Source of the DNA: a virus
IMG/VR virus record: IMGVR_UViG_3300028802_000008
Coordinates: 13,320-77,319 of that record
Reading direction: 5' to 3' (one strand)
Length of the DNA: 64,000 nucleotides
Each line of letters begins with the position of its first letter. Position 1 is the stretch's first letter. The notes under the pieces are model-generated. The model searched no databases, was not told the DNA's origin, and worked only from the letters and a program-made list of their open reading frames with translations. The position numbers and the translations under genes were made by a program. Of this stretch, positions 8,333-17,979 are shown one piece after another.

Positions 8333-9750
8333 CCGGCGCAACCCGGAAGTCTCTCGTCAAGGTCAAGGACGAGGTTGACTTCTACCAGCATCAGGTGGAC
8401 GGCGTTCGTCTGGGCAACCGGATGGCGTCGTTCATCCTGGCTGACGAGATGGGCTTGGGGAAGTCCCTCACTGCGGCCACCGTGGCGGCGATCGACTTTG
8501 AACGTGGGTACGCGCAGCGAGTTCTGATCATCTGTCCGTCGTTCCTCAAGTGGAACTGGGCAGAGGAACTCGATCACATGACCCACTTCACTTACACGAT
8601 CTATCACGGGACTCCAAAAGAAAGAGAGAAGATCCGCGACGATTTCGATTCTGACATCCTTATTACCAACTACGAGCAGATCGTCAACGACTTCGACGCT
8701 CTGAACGTGATGGGATGGGACATCGTCATCGTGGATGAGGCTCACTTCATCAAGAGTAAATCCTCTAAAAGGTCGAAGGCTATCCGGCAACTGAAGCGCG
8801 GGCGTATGTTCCTGCTGACCGGCTCGCCGATGCTCAACCGTCCCGATGAACTGTGGGCGCTCTTGAACGCTTGCGACCCCAACCGGTTCGCCCGGTACTA
8901 CCCGTTCGTCAACCGATTCTGTGTGATGGGTGGGTGGCAGTCCAAGCAGATCGTCGGAGCCAAGAACAAGGACGAACTGCGCGGCCTACTGTCGGAGTAC
9001 ATGGTCCGACGGCTCAAGAAGGATTGCCTGGATCTCCCGGACAAGCAGGTCATCTCCATCATCGTGGAACTGCACCCGGAGCAGCGGAAGATCTACGACA
9101 AGATGGACGCTGAGCTTCGTATCGACATCCCGAACGACCCGGACCCGATGGAGGCTGAGAACATCCTGGTGAAGATGCTTCGGCTGAAGCAGATATGTGC
9201 CACGCCTGCGTCGATCGGACTCCCCGACGACTCGTACAAGTTGGACAAGGCGATGGAGATGATCACCGAGTTCGTCACCGATCCCGACGACCACACACCG
9301 GTCGTGGTGTTCACACAATTTCGTGCCGTCCAGACGGCTATGGGGTCACGTCTGGACGGCGCTGGCATACCGTACTGGGTGCTGAACGGCGACACGCCGA
9401 AGGACAAACGGATCGAACTGGTGAACGAGTGGGCGGCTCACCCGCAGCCTGGCGTCATCATGATCATGCTCCAGATGGGGGTGGGGCTCAACCTCACCGC
9501 GGCCAACAAGGCGATCTTCATCGATCGTCTGTACGTTCCCAAACTGAATGAGCAGGCCGAGGATCGCATCCACCGCATCGGGGCCGATCTCACCAAGCCG
9601 GTTCAGGTGTTCAACATCATCGCCAAGAACACGGTCGAGGAACGGATTGAGAAGATCCTGGCGGCGAAGCGAAAGCTGTTCGATTCGGTGGTCGAGGTCG
9701 ACGCAGACTGGAAGCGTGAACTCATCAAGCAACTGGCGAACGCGTCATGA
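8329..9750 (+). CDS. SNF2-family helicase
   Basis: LADEMGLGKS, DEAH, LTGSP, GLNL, QAEDRIHRIG. Confidence 0.95.
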   Translation: MTGATRKSLVKVKDEVDFYQHQVDGVRLGNRMASFILADEMGLGKSLTAATVAAIDFERGYAQRVLIICPSFLKWNWAEELDHMTHFTYTIYHGTPKEREKIRDDFDSDILITNYEQIVNDFDALNVMGWDIVIVDEAHFIKSKSSKRSKAIRQLKRGRMFLLTGSPMLNRPDELWALLNACDPNRFARYYPFVNRFCVMGGWQSKQIVGAKNKDELRGLLSEYMVRRLKKDCLDLPDKQVISIIVELHPEQRKIYDKMDAELRIDIPNDPDPMEAENILVKMLRLKQICATPASIGLPDDSYKLDKAMEMITEFVTDPDDHTPVVVFTQFRAVQTAMGSRLDGAGIPYWVLNGDTPKDKRIELVNEWAAHPQPGVIMIMLQMGVGLNLTAANKAIFIDRLYVPKLNEQAEDRIHRIGADLTKPVQVFNIIAKNTVEERIEKILAAKRKLFDSVVEVDADWKRELIKQLANAS

Positions 9751-10061
9751 GATCGGTCATCCCACCCCCCAGATCAACCACGCCTTATCAGAACTACATG
9801 AAGGGTGTGCAGTTCGACTGCGTGGACTGCGGCCACCACACCCAGTTGATGGGAGAGTATTACACCCTCGTCAAGTCAGTGTGGTGGGAAGCCGTCGACA
9901 AGCGACCGGACATGCACACCGTCATGCTGTGCATCGGTTGCTTGGAAGAACGTTTGGGTCGCCGGTTGACGCCGGGAGATTTTGACCCCACCCTCTGGGT
10001 GAACCGACGCCCAGAAGAACATTCACTCAGACTCAAAGATCGCCTCAGGAGGGCAAAATGA
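9747..10061 (+). CDS. hypothetical Zn-binding protein
   Basis: CVDC...LCIGCLEERLGRRL. Confidence 0.65.
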   Translation: MRSVIPPPRSTTPYQNYMKGVQFDCVDCGHHTQLMGEYYTLVKSVWWEAVDKRPDMHTVMLCIGCLEERLGRRLTPGDFDPTLWVNRRPEEHSLRLKDRLRRAK

Positions 10062-10264
10062 GAAGGTTCAACCTCAAAGACAGCCACGGGAATCTCCACT
10101 TCATAGAATCGGAGATCATCGAGTTCGATGAGAACGGATCAGTCACGTTCCTGGAGTCGGACAATTCCGACGCCCTGATCGCCTGCTTCGCTCCCGGAGC
10201 GTGGCACGCGGTCTTCACCATCCCGGATCAACCGGAACCTCTCGCCCCTCCGACCAATGGATGA
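10058..10264 (+). CDS. hypothetical protein
   Basis: ATGA-coupled ORF. Confidence 0.55.
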   Translation: MRRFNLKDSHGNLHFIESEIIEFDENGSVTFLESDNSDALIACFAPGAWHAVFTIPDQPEPLAPPTNG

Positions 10265-10451
10265 GAAGGAACAAGTCGAGATGGCACTCTCGGCGCTGAC
10301 ATACATCCGCCAACGGTGGTACGGCCAAGGCCAGGACAAGCCTGGATGGGCGCACCACACCGTTCACATCGACAGCATGATCACGGAACTCAAAGTTCTA
10401 CGCACCCGACTGGAGACCCAATGCTCAACCCCAACAAGTACATTGTCCTGA
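10257..10451 (+). CDS. hypothetical protein
   Basis: Coupled ORF. Confidence 0.5.
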   Translation: MDEKEQVEMALSALTYIRQRWYGQGQDKPGWAHHTVHIDSMITELKVLRTRLETQCSTPTSTLS

Positions 10452-10726
10452 GGCGCAGCAATCTCAGCCGCAATCTCATCCAGACGATCGAGGACGAGAA
10501 CCTTGCCATCGAGGACGCCGTCGTCATCCGCAAACAAGATGTCTTCGCCGAAGCGGGACTGCACGCCTACGCAGCCAATGTCCTGACCGGGATCGAGATG
10601 CTTGCCTTGTTCCCCAACCTGGCTCAGCATATCGACGTGGAGCACCTTCAAGACCTGGCTGACTTCTTCCATGAACAGGCGGTCTCGTGTTCTCAGGACA
10701 CGTTCTTTCGTAAACTTCCAGATTGA
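10421..10726 (+). CDS. hypothetical phage protein
   Basis: GGAG RBS; VIRKQDVFA..L.AYA motif. Confidence 0.65.
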   Translation: MLNPNKYIVLRRSNLSRNLIQTIEDENLAIEDAVVIRKQDVFAEAGLHAYAANVLTGIEMLALFPNLAQHIDVEHLQDLADFFHEQAVSCSQDTFFRKLPD

Positions 10727-10920
10727 TGAGCGAACCTCCCGAGACCTACACTCTGACCGAGGTAGCCCGACTGTTCCGACAGGACTATCGGGACATCAAG
10801 ATACGGGCCGCGAAGGGGGAGTTTGAGTACACCATTGACGAGCGAGGCCATTACCGGTTCACTCGTGAATCCATCCTCCAACATCTGGAAGAACTCCAGA
10901 TCAGGAACAACCGCATTTAG
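10723..10920 (+). CDS. excisionase-like HTH protein
   Basis: YTLTEVARLF...RGHYRF. Confidence 0.7.
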   Translation: MMSEPPETYTLTEVARLFRQDYRDIKIRAAKGEFEYTIDERGHYRFTRESILQHLEELQIRNNRI

Positions 10921-10928
10921 AAAGCTGC

Positions 10929-12038
10929 TTGATGGCTAATTCCCACATCGCCACCGTCTCGGCCGCACTGCTGCACGAGGCACTGAACAGAGCGAACAAG
11001 GTTGCCCCCACCAAGGGGAATGCTATGGACCGCGCTGCTGGCATCCAGATCGACTTCCGACTGGACGAGGCCCATATCCGGGCCACCGATCTCGATGTCA
11101 CCTTCTACCAGAAGATCCCGGTCGAACAGGTCAGCGAGGAATGCGTCTTGCGTCTGTCGTCGGTGGTGCCACCGTTCGTGGCATCGCTGTCGATGGACAA
11201 GAATCAGGTGATCCGATTCTTCCGGAACGACCAGAAGCGCATCATCATCCAGTACGGCAAGACTCGGACCAAAGCGACCATTCCCATGATCGTCGGGGAG
11301 TACCCGACGGTGAACTGGTACGACTACGAAGTGATGACCGACGCCAGTGACCTTGGCAGCAAGATCGCATCGGTTGCGTGGGCCACCGAGAACGACGCAT
11401 CGGGCGTGCTGTCCGGGATCAAGATCGATGGCAAGTGGCTGGAGGCTCTGTCCTCCAAGAACGCTGCTCGCATCCAGTGCGAGGTCGAGAGCGACGTGAC
11501 GGTGATCGCCGTCCTGAAGTCTCTCGTTCCTCTGGTCAAGTCCGGTTCCCGGCTGCGGATGATGACCCAGGAGGGTCGCATCATCGTCGCGCTGGATGAG
11601 ATGACCCAGGTGACATCCACCACGGTGCTGGGGGAGTGGCCGAATCTCGTGGAACGACTGGAACGCTTTGAGTTCCCGAACTCGGTGACGATCCGCAAGA
11701 CACGGTTCGCCGAGGCACTGGGACGCATCCTGAGCTTCGTTCGCAACGACCGACTGCCACGAGCCAAGGTAACCATCACCAATGACTCCATCGACGTGGT
11801 GCTGTCTGGCACCTTGAATGGTGACGTGCAGGACTCCTGCGCTATCTCCAGCCGGGAAGGGATCGAAGAAGATGTAGAGTTCACCTTCAACCCGACATGG
11901 CTGTTGGAGGCCATCGACACGTTCCCCGGAGCCTCCGTCAAGATCGAATACAACGGAAACCTTCAGCCAATCCGGCTGAGCGAACCATCCACAAGTTATG
12001 AGGCATACGTCATGCCCATGAGAGACATCGATGAGTGA
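10929..12038 (+). CDS. dnaN: DNA polymerase III beta clamp-like protein
   Basis: 369 aa; RATDLDV, EYP, LSGI, FNP.WLLEAI, YVMPMR C-terminus. Confidence 0.85.
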   Translation: MMANSHIATVSAALLHEALNRANKVAPTKGNAMDRAAGIQIDFRLDEAHIRATDLDVTFYQKIPVEQVSEECVLRLSSVVPPFVASLSMDKNQVIRFFRNDQKRIIIQYGKTRTKATIPMIVGEYPTVNWYDYEVMTDASDLGSKIASVAWATENDASGVLSGIKIDGKWLEALSSKNAARIQCEVESDVTVIAVLKSLVPLVKSGSRLRMMTQEGRIIVALDEMTQVTSTTVLGEWPNLVERLERFEFPNSVTIRKTRFAEALGRILSFVRNDRLPRAKVTITNDSIDVVLSGTLNGDVQDSCAISSREGIEEDVEFTFNPTWLLEAIDTFPGASVKIEYNGNLQPIRLSEPSTSYEAYVMPMRDIDE

Positions 12039-12044
12039 GGAACA

Positions 12045-12503
12045 ATGACCAAGAATCCTGGACCTGACAGCCTGTATCCCTACGCCGGATCAAGTGGTTG
12101 GTCAGGCACCGACACCAGCAAGGCGTCGGCCGACAAAGATGATGCCGAGGGGCGCACCCTTCGCCGTCACCAGATCACGATGGGTCACCTGGCCAATGCC
12201 GGTCCCCGTGGGGCGACGGTCAAGGAACTGCGTGACACCTACACCGAAGATCATCACGGCCGATGGTCGGCAGCGTTGAGCCGAGCCCACAAGATGGGGT
12301 ACATCTGCATGTTGGAAGACAAGCGTGTCGGTTGTCATGTGTACGTCCTGCCCGAGTGGGTGGGCGACCGCGTCACCATCGCTCCCCGTCCCCGTCGGAT
12401 GTCCGAAGTAGTTCGCGGAGAGTTGAAGGCTCTGGCCGAGGCTGGTGACCTGGATGGCATCCTAGAGTACTTGGATGATTCGCTCGTAACCGCCCCGGCA
12501 TGA
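12045..12503 (+). CDS. hypothetical protein (HTH-like)
   Basis: DTS..SA, GAT..EL pattern. Confidence 0.65.
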   Translation: MTKNPGPDSLYPYAGSSGWSGTDTSKASADKDDAEGRTLRRHQITMGHLANAGPRGATVKELRDTYTEDHHGRWSAALSRAHKMGYICMLEDKRVGCHVYVLPEWVGDRVTIAPRPRRMSEVVRGELKALAEAGDLDGILEYLDDSLVTAPA

Positions 12504-12740
12504 GGGACATACTCGCCATCCTCCTTGCTGGTGTCGTGGTTCCCGCCGTCTACTGCTACATGCGGTATCGATTCATGAACAGTGATCTCTGATGAGGGAC
12601 CACACCTACAACCCCAGCCGGAAGGTGGACATCACCGAGCCGGTCTTGGAGTACGACGGTGAAGTCATCAGGCCAGCATCCCATCCCAAGCGCGACCGCT
12701 CTCGGAACCGCCAAGCGAAGTTGTCCCGGAAGAGGAACCG

Positions 12741-13076
12741 ATGAGTAAAATCAAGCTGGCCTGCGGCGAAGTGTGGCCTTCGCGGTCGGGATGCACTGCG
12801 TGGGGATCGCGGTCATCTCACGGATGCCGACTCGACCCAGGCCACGACGGTATCCACCGCTGCCTCTGCGGACGCCCAAAGCCAGAGAGCGACCGTTACC
12901 CGTCAGTAACGGACGAACCATGCGAGTGCTGCGAACGAGAAGTCCTGACACGCCTGCGGCACGACTTCGATGACCCAGACGTAATCGTGGCGCTATGCGA
13001 TGAGTGCTCGGCTGTGCTGGAGCACAGAGTCGGTTACCCGTCAGTAACGACGGACGATGGCAAGATCGCGCCATGA
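12741..13076 (+). CDS. Cys-rich hypothetical protein containing two YPSVT repeats
   Basis: GAGGA RBS; HGC..H.G.H.C.C and CECC...CDEC modules. Confidence 0.5.
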   Translation: MSKIKLACGEVWPSRSGCTAWGSRSSHGCRLDPGHDGIHRCLCGRPKPESDRYPSVTDEPCECCEREVLTRLRHDFDDPDVIVALCDECSAVLEHRVGYPSVTTDDGKIAP

Positions 13077-13286
13077 AAGAACGCGAATGGGTCTGCAATA
13101 TTCTCCGCTGGCGCGTACGCATCTACATCGGAAGCTCGATGCACTCCGAGCGTCGCGTCCGAACCTGGCACTCCGACACCGGCAGCCGCGGCATCTACGC
13201 CGTCCCGTGGGAGATCGACAACCACGACGGGCGAGTGTTCGGCGCACAGTACCGCCGCCACCGATGAGCGGTTACCCGTCAGTAGC
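12895..13286 (+). repeat. three copies of GTTACCCGTCAGTA(A/G)C
   Basis: At 12895-12910, 13033-13048 and 13271-13286; GTTAC-N6-GTAAC inverted arms. Confidence 0.92.
13073..13267 (+). CDS. hypothetical protein
   Basis: ATGA overlaps at both ends. Confidence 0.5.
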   Translation: MKEREWVCNILRWRVRIYIGSSMHSERRVRTWHSDTGSRGIYAVPWEIDNHDGRVFGAQYRRHR

Positions 13287-13301
13287 GTCCGAGGAGACCT
13301 C

Positions 13302-13601
13302 GTGAGGAGGAGAACCATGAAGAGTAACCAAGGGATCGTCTACATCACAAGGAACGGAAGGGCTCTGACCGGTGCGGAAATTGAAGTGCTCGTGGCACAA
13401 TCCGAAGTCGCAGAATTTGAAATGGCCGATCGCTTCCCACCGGGTCGCACGGAGCCAGATGCCGATTCCCGCATGGCGGCTCGCGCCATCAACCAGCAGT
13501 ACCAAGCCCTCATTCTGGAGGGGATGGATGATGATGTGGCCGTCCGAATCATCGGAATGATGCTCGCCAACGCCGCTGCCCTGTATGAGCAGGGGGAATG
13601 A
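13302..13601 (+). CDS. hypothetical protein
   Basis: Strong GAGGAG RBS. Confidence 0.65.
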   Translation: MRRRTMKSNQGIVYITRNGRALTGAEIEVLVAQSEVAEFEMADRFPPGRTEPDADSRMAARAINQQYQALILEGMDDDVAVRIIGMMLANAAALYEQGE

Positions 13602-13703
13602 TCGCCCAGGATCGGCCGCTCAGCGTCCATTTCCGGGGCGAAACCCCCCTTTCTGGTATCCCGGTGGGGTCCAAATCGCCTACGAACGCTCAGGAGGGAC
13701 CAA

Positions 13704-14060
13704 ATGCCACACCTTGAGGAGCCGAAGATGGTGTTCGTCGTTGCCCAAGGCAGCGATCCGACCGAGATAGTCGACCGCGAGGTCGCTGTCGTCAACTACC
13801 TCATGACCACGCATCCGGGACATGTGTTCCTGTGTCGTGGCAGCTTCGTGCTGATCGAACTGAGGTTCGCCCGCCCACTCCAGGAGTGGTCGGACTTCTA
13901 CGTCAACTTGGTAGATCGTTGTGACGCCCTGTATTGCGTGGACGACTACCGCCGCCACCCGTTGGCCGACTTTGCTCTTGAGAACTACATGCCGATCCTG
14001 GGTGACGCTATGGATCTGGAACTGTTCCTGTCAGGGCTCAGCGTTCAAGATTCGGATTAA
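13704..14060 (+). CDS. hypothetical protein (possible diverged DUF1937-like)
   Basis: AGGAGG RBS; W......LVDRCDALY. Confidence 0.6.
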   Translation: MPHLEEPKMVFVVAQGSDPTEIVDREVAVVNYLMTTHPGHVFLCRGSFVLIELRFARPLQEWSDFYVNLVDRCDALYCVDDYRRHPLADFALENYMPILGDAMDLELFLSGLSVQDSD

Positions 14061-14174
14061 GCAATAGATCGCACCCATGAGAGCCAACGTCGCGAGCACC
14101 AACGGAACGACCACATGAGACCAATGATTCGATCCCTGTGGCTCTTTCACGCCCGAGAGTCTGCCTGATCACAA

Positions 14175-14648
14175 ATGCACAAGGGATGGTATTGGATCAC
14201 GGGAATCAACCCGGAACCCTGGACGCCCGGAACCGCCTTCCGATACGGAGGAGGGAGAGGAGCCGGGATCGCCAAGCAGGGCAAGCTCAGGGCGTACCAG
14301 GAGGCCGTGGGGGAGGAGTTCGCGTACCAGAACCCTCACTACGTTCCGATGATCGGTGAGTTGTCACTCACTTTCTACTTCTGGAGATCCACGGCTCACG
14401 GGAACGTGGCTGATGCCACCAACCTGCTCAAGTCCACCGAGGATGCACTTCAGCAGATTCTGTACGTCAACGATCGGCAGAACCGGCACGTCGCGAGCAC
14501 GATCATGGAGCAGTCTCCCGAGACGGCTCCGCATATCTTGATCACTATCGGCGCATGGGAGCGCCCGGAGATCGAAGTACCGGCAGGAGTCATCATCCCG
14601 AAGTACGCTGACATCGACTGGAAGCCACCAGACGACGACCTGTTCTGA
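14175..14648 (+). CDS. rusA: RusA-like Holliday junction resolvase
   Basis: D.TNLLKSTEDAL...YVNDRQ. Confidence 0.8.
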   Translation: MHKGWYWITGINPEPWTPGTAFRYGGGRGAGIAKQGKLRAYQEAVGEEFAYQNPHYVPMIGELSLTFYFWRSTAHGNVADATNLLKSTEDALQQILYVNDRQNRHVASTIMEQSPETAPHILITIGAWERPEIEVPAGVIIPKYADIDWKPPDDDLF

Positions 14649-14726
14649 TGTTGTGGATCTGGATAATACTTGTCGTAATCTACACTTTTACTATCGCTCT
14701 ACGTCCATATCTTGAAGAGGAACTTC

Positions 14727-15431
14727 ATGCAAACCGTCCCCGACCACCCGGCGAAGTACAGTCAACCGATCCTGAGAACGATCGAGACGATCCTTTTAGC
14801 CGAAAGCCTCAAATCTGATCACGAGATCACGGTCTTCGATTGCTTCGGTGGCACCGGCCTGATCCATTCGCTTGCGATGCCTGGGTTCATCCGAACTGAG
14901 GCGATCGAGATCGAGCCTGAGTGGGCCGCGTCTCACCCACTCACCAAGGTGGGCAACGCCCTCCATGTCGATGTCCCCGATGACCACTACGACGTGATCT
15001 GCACGTCCCCGACTTACGGGAACCGGATGGCCGACCACCACGAGGCCAGGGACGACTCCAAGAGGATGACGTACCGGCATCAGCTTGGCCGGATGCCCAA
15101 CCCGGACTCGTCAGCCACTCTCCCGTGGGGGCAGAAGTATTGGGACTTCCACAGGAAGGTGTGGATCGAGCAGAGTCGGATTCTCCGTCCGGGTGGACTG
15201 TTCATCCTGAACACCAAGGATTTCTACCGCACCCGGACGCTCAAAGGAGCCCGCGTCCAGGAACTGGTCGAGGTCACCAGATGGCACGTCGAGTTCCTGC
15301 TGACGCTTGGGTACAAAGTGATCTCCACCACGCCCGTGCCGGTCAATGGCATGAGGATGGGAACCAACCACAAGAAGCGCGTCCCCCATGAGATGGTCGT
15401 GGGCCTGAGGAAGAGCAATGTACGGCGGTGA
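14727..15431 (+). CDS. DNA methyltransferase (N4-C/N6-A type)
   Basis: FDCFGGTG (SAM binding), IEIE, CTSPTY (catalytic), RILRPGG. Confidence 0.8.
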   Translation: MQTVPDHPAKYSQPILRTIETILLAESLKSDHEITVFDCFGGTGLIHSLAMPGFIRTEAIEIEPEWAASHPLTKVGNALHVDVPDDHYDVICTSPTYGNRMADHHEARDDSKRMTYRHQLGRMPNPDSSATLPWGQKYWDFHRKVWIEQSRILRPGGLFILNTKDFYRTRTLKGARVQELVEVTRWHVEFLLTLGYKVISTTPVPVNGMRMGTNHKKRVPHEMVVGLRKSNVRR

Positions 15432-15645
15432 AATTGTCCGCTTCGTGGACGCCAAGCCAGGCGACCACTCGTTCGTCTACGGCGGCGAGTACATCACCGA
15501 CAACATGGATGTGGGATGGGTCACCGACCTGGAATACTTCGATGAACGGGACGGCGAGATCAAGCTCAAGCGTCAGATATGGCAACTGATCTCCGAGGAC
15601 GAGATCGTCCTGCCTGATCCTTTCCCACTGGAGGACGACGAATGA
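15418..15645 (+). CDS. hypothetical acidic protein
   Basis: Coupled ORF. Confidence 0.55.
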   Translation: MYGGEIVRFVDAKPGDHSFVYGGEYITDNMDVGWVTDLEYFDERDGEIKLKRQIWQLISEDEIVLPDPFPLEDDE

Positions 15646-15742
15646 GTCGAAGCGCCGCAATGAACGTCGTCATCGTGGCGACGCTGTTCATCCTGATGGT
15701 CGTCTTGTTCGTCATCGCTGGCTGGATCTTGAACGGAGCACT

Positions 15743-15979
15743 ATGAAAGTCCATGTCTACAAGATCCGGAAGGACGACTTCCGAGAGAAGAAGGATCTCC
15801 ATTTCTGCACCCACTGCAAGGGGTGGTACGGTATCCCCCACTACGGACTCCACTGTCAAGAGGACAGAGCGTCCGACTTCCCGATCGGATGTGCCTGTCG
15901 ATTCTGCAAGCAGAAGCTGGGCGTGCCCGTGACGGGAGAGTACGGATTCTTCTCAATTGCTAAGGAATGGCAACCATGA
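15743..15979 (+). CDS. Cys-rich hypothetical protein
   Basis: CTHC, CACRFC; GGAG RBS. Confidence 0.55.
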   Translation: MKVHVYKIRKDDFREKKDLHFCTHCKGWYGIPHYGLHCQEDRASDFPIGCACRFCKQKLGVPVTGEYGFFSIAKEWQP

Positions 15980-16683
15980 ATGAAGTACTGCACGGTGATT
16001 GTCGGGAGCTTCTCTCGATTCTCACATGGAACCGTGAAGTCAACTGTCTACTGACGGACCCGCCTTACGGAGTCGACTTCCAGTCGACCTACGGAAAGAA
16101 CGAGACCGACCGCGAGAACTATCAGCGCAAGATCGCTGACGACCACGGGGTAGATGATGCGATCGAGAGCTTCGATGACACCCTGAAGCTGATCATTCCC
16201 GCTATGGCTGATCTATGTGAGATCTATGTGTTCTCCGCTTGGCAAGTCGCTCCGGAGTGGCAGAAGTATCTTGAGTCACTTTCGGCTCACGGGCTCGACC
16301 TCAGGCAACTGCTGATCTGGGACAAGGGGTATCCGGGGATCGGCGATGTCAAGTACAACTGGGGGGCCGGTCACGAGTTCATCTACTACCTCAAGAAGGG
16401 CCGTCGGCGGGTGCCGTACCGGCGCTCCGGGATCATCGCCGTCAACAAGGTTCGCCCTGGCACCAACGTCCACCCGACACAGAAGCCGGTGGCGTTGCTC
16501 AAACTGCTGATCGAGTACAGCACCGACCCCGGTGAGTTCGTCTTTGACCCCTACGCCGGGTCGGGTTCGACCATCGTGGCTGCTCAGGAATGCGGGCGGG
16601 ACGCGATGGGGATCGAGATCGAGGAAGATTACGTCGATACGGCGCGCAACAGACTCTCGCAAGGCGGCTTGTTCAGCGTGTAA
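15967..16683 (+). CDS. DNA methyltransferase, beta class (N6_N4_Mtase)
   Basis: HGDC, TDPPYG, HPTQKP, FDPYAGSGST, GIEI. Confidence 0.93.
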   Translation: MATMNEVLHGDCRELLSILTWNREVNCLLTDPPYGVDFQSTYGKNETDRENYQRKIADDHGVDDAIESFDDTLKLIIPAMADLCEIYVFSAWQVAPEWQKYLESLSAHGLDLRQLLIWDKGYPGIGDVKYNWGAGHEFIYYLKKGRRRVPYRRSGIIAVNKVRPGTNVHPTQKPVALLKLLIEYSTDPGEFVFDPYAGSGSTIVAAQECGRDAMGIEIEEDYVDTARNRLSQGGLFSV

Positions 16684-16693
16684 CCTGACCGGC

Positions 16694-16966
16694 ATGTCAG
16701 AACCTGATGTGCCACAGAGCACGACACGACGGATTGAGCCGTTCGTGATCATCCCCGGCATCCAGCGCGATGGGTATCCGGAGCCAGAGAATCCTCCTTC
16801 CTTCCGCGACTACGTTCGCAAGCAGCAACAGGAAATGGCTGATCCCACTGAGGATCAACTCGCTCTGCGTCGTTGGGTGGATGACGGTGGGTACGAGAAG
16901 AAGCCACTTATGACCTTTGACCCCGACGAGGCAGAGTTCCCAGAAGCAGACATCCCTGAGGTCTGA
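16694..16966 (+). CDS. hypothetical acidic protein
   Basis: ORF coupled to whiB (TGATG). Confidence 0.5.
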   Translation: MSEPDVPQSTTRRIEPFVIIPGIQRDGYPEPENPPSFRDYVRKQQQEMADPTEDQLALRRWVDDGGYEKKPLMTFDPDEAEFPEADIPEV

Positions 16967-17250
16967 TGCTGGAAGCCCCCTGGCGTCGTAAGGCCAAATG
17001 CTTCGGGCTGGACCCGAACATGTTTGTTCCTTCGACACCCGGTGGCTCACTCAACCCCGCCAAGAACATCTGCAACGGCCGAGACGGACTTCCTCCCTGT
17101 CCCGTCCGCCAAGAATGCAATACCTTCGCCAACGATCACAGTTTGATCGGCGTCTACGGCGGGGTCGTCCACTCATCCCGTTCGACGGAGATCGTCGTGT
17201 TCGTTGAGATCCAGGATAGCCGACCGCACCGGAGCCCCCAAGCTCCTTGA
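16966..17250 (+). CDS. whiB: WhiB-family transcription factor
   Basis: W...AKC...DP..F, AK.IC, CPVRQEC, GVYGG. Confidence 0.85.
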   Translation: MLEAPWRRKAKCFGLDPNMFVPSTPGGSLNPAKNICNGRDGLPPCPVRQECNTFANDHSLIGVYGGVVHSSRSTEIVVFVEIQDSRPHRSPQAP

Positions 17251-17262
17251 TACTGTGGTCGA

Positions 17263-17353
17263 GTCCCCACTCGCCCGACAACAACACATAACTCGTGTCA
17301 GGGAAGCCCAGCACGATAGCAAGCTTCAACCATCACGACGGACGAGTGGGGAC
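17263..17353 (+). ncRNA. candidate small structured RNA
   Basis: Perfect 11-bp end pairing GTCCCCACTCG/CGAGTGGGGAC; TGnTACTGT just upstream. Confidence 0.35.
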
Positions 17354-17391
17354 ACTGGACCTAGACACACGAAGTCTGTAGCGTCCTTCAC

Positions 17392-17580
17392 ATGCTCTCT
17401 GTAGATGACGGTTTCTTCAACGGCAACTTCAACCTTGCCGATCTCCTGTTCTTCCTCGCCGCGATTGCGTTCGCCGTCGCATTCGTAATCCTGGCGACGA
17501 AGCCGAAGCCGAAGCCGATCGACTCGGCGCTGATAGCAGCAGGTCTCACCTGTCTCGCTGTCGCCTTGCTGGCTCTATGA
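17392..17580 (+). CDS. small two-TM membrane protein
   Basis: Two hydrophobic helices around a KPKPKP loop. Confidence 0.7.
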   Translation: MLSVDDGFFNGNFNLADLLFFLAAIAFAVAFVILATKPKPKPIDSALIAAGLTCLAVALLAL

Positions 17581-17582
17581 CA

Positions 17583-17622
17583 AGACCCCCCGCCCGACTG
17601 GAACTGGTCGTTTGGGGGGTCT
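17583..17622. terminator. hairpin between convergent genome arms
   Basis: AGACCCCCC...CGAC...GTCG...GGGGGGTCT. Confidence 0.65.
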
Positions 17623-17664
17623 CGGAAGTACAGAGATTACTGAACCCGTGAGGGTGATGCAACC

Positions 17665-17979
17665 TCAGAATGCAGCAGGGTGGACGCGTACGTCGATCCA
17701 GGCCAACTGATCCTCAGGCCACGTCTTGCCGTCGATGTGAAGCTTCAAGTCGTAACGTCCCTCGGTTCGGTTGCTCAACCAAGATTGAAGTGGAACCGTC
17801 ACAATCTTGTCATCTGCGTTGAGCACCGAACCGGGGAGACCTACCACGGTCGAATCTTCTCCCGAGAGGTCAGCCGTGATCACGGCTCCCGGAAGCAACA
17901 AAGCGAGTCCTGACAATTGGATGGCGATGCTATCGCTGTCGCCCTTGTATCGGACCCAGGACACTGGCATGGCGGTCAT
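17665..17979 (-). CDS. small virion/fibre-associated protein (BppU-like beta-sandwich?)
   Basis: YKGD...GRYDL...TWP motif; coupled to the giant gene. Confidence 0.55.
   Translation of the reverse strand: MTAMPVSWVRYKGDSDSIAIQLSGLALLLPGAVITADLSGEDSTVVGLPGSVLNADDKIVTVPLQSWLSNRTEGRYDLKLHIDGKTWPEDQLAWIDVRVHPAAF

Noticed and set aside
12895-13286. CRISPR array interpretation of the 16-bp repeats
   Set aside because: Repeats are too short, spacers are 122 and 222 bp and coding, and there is no cas operon; the Cas4-like gene is a solo phage nuclease.
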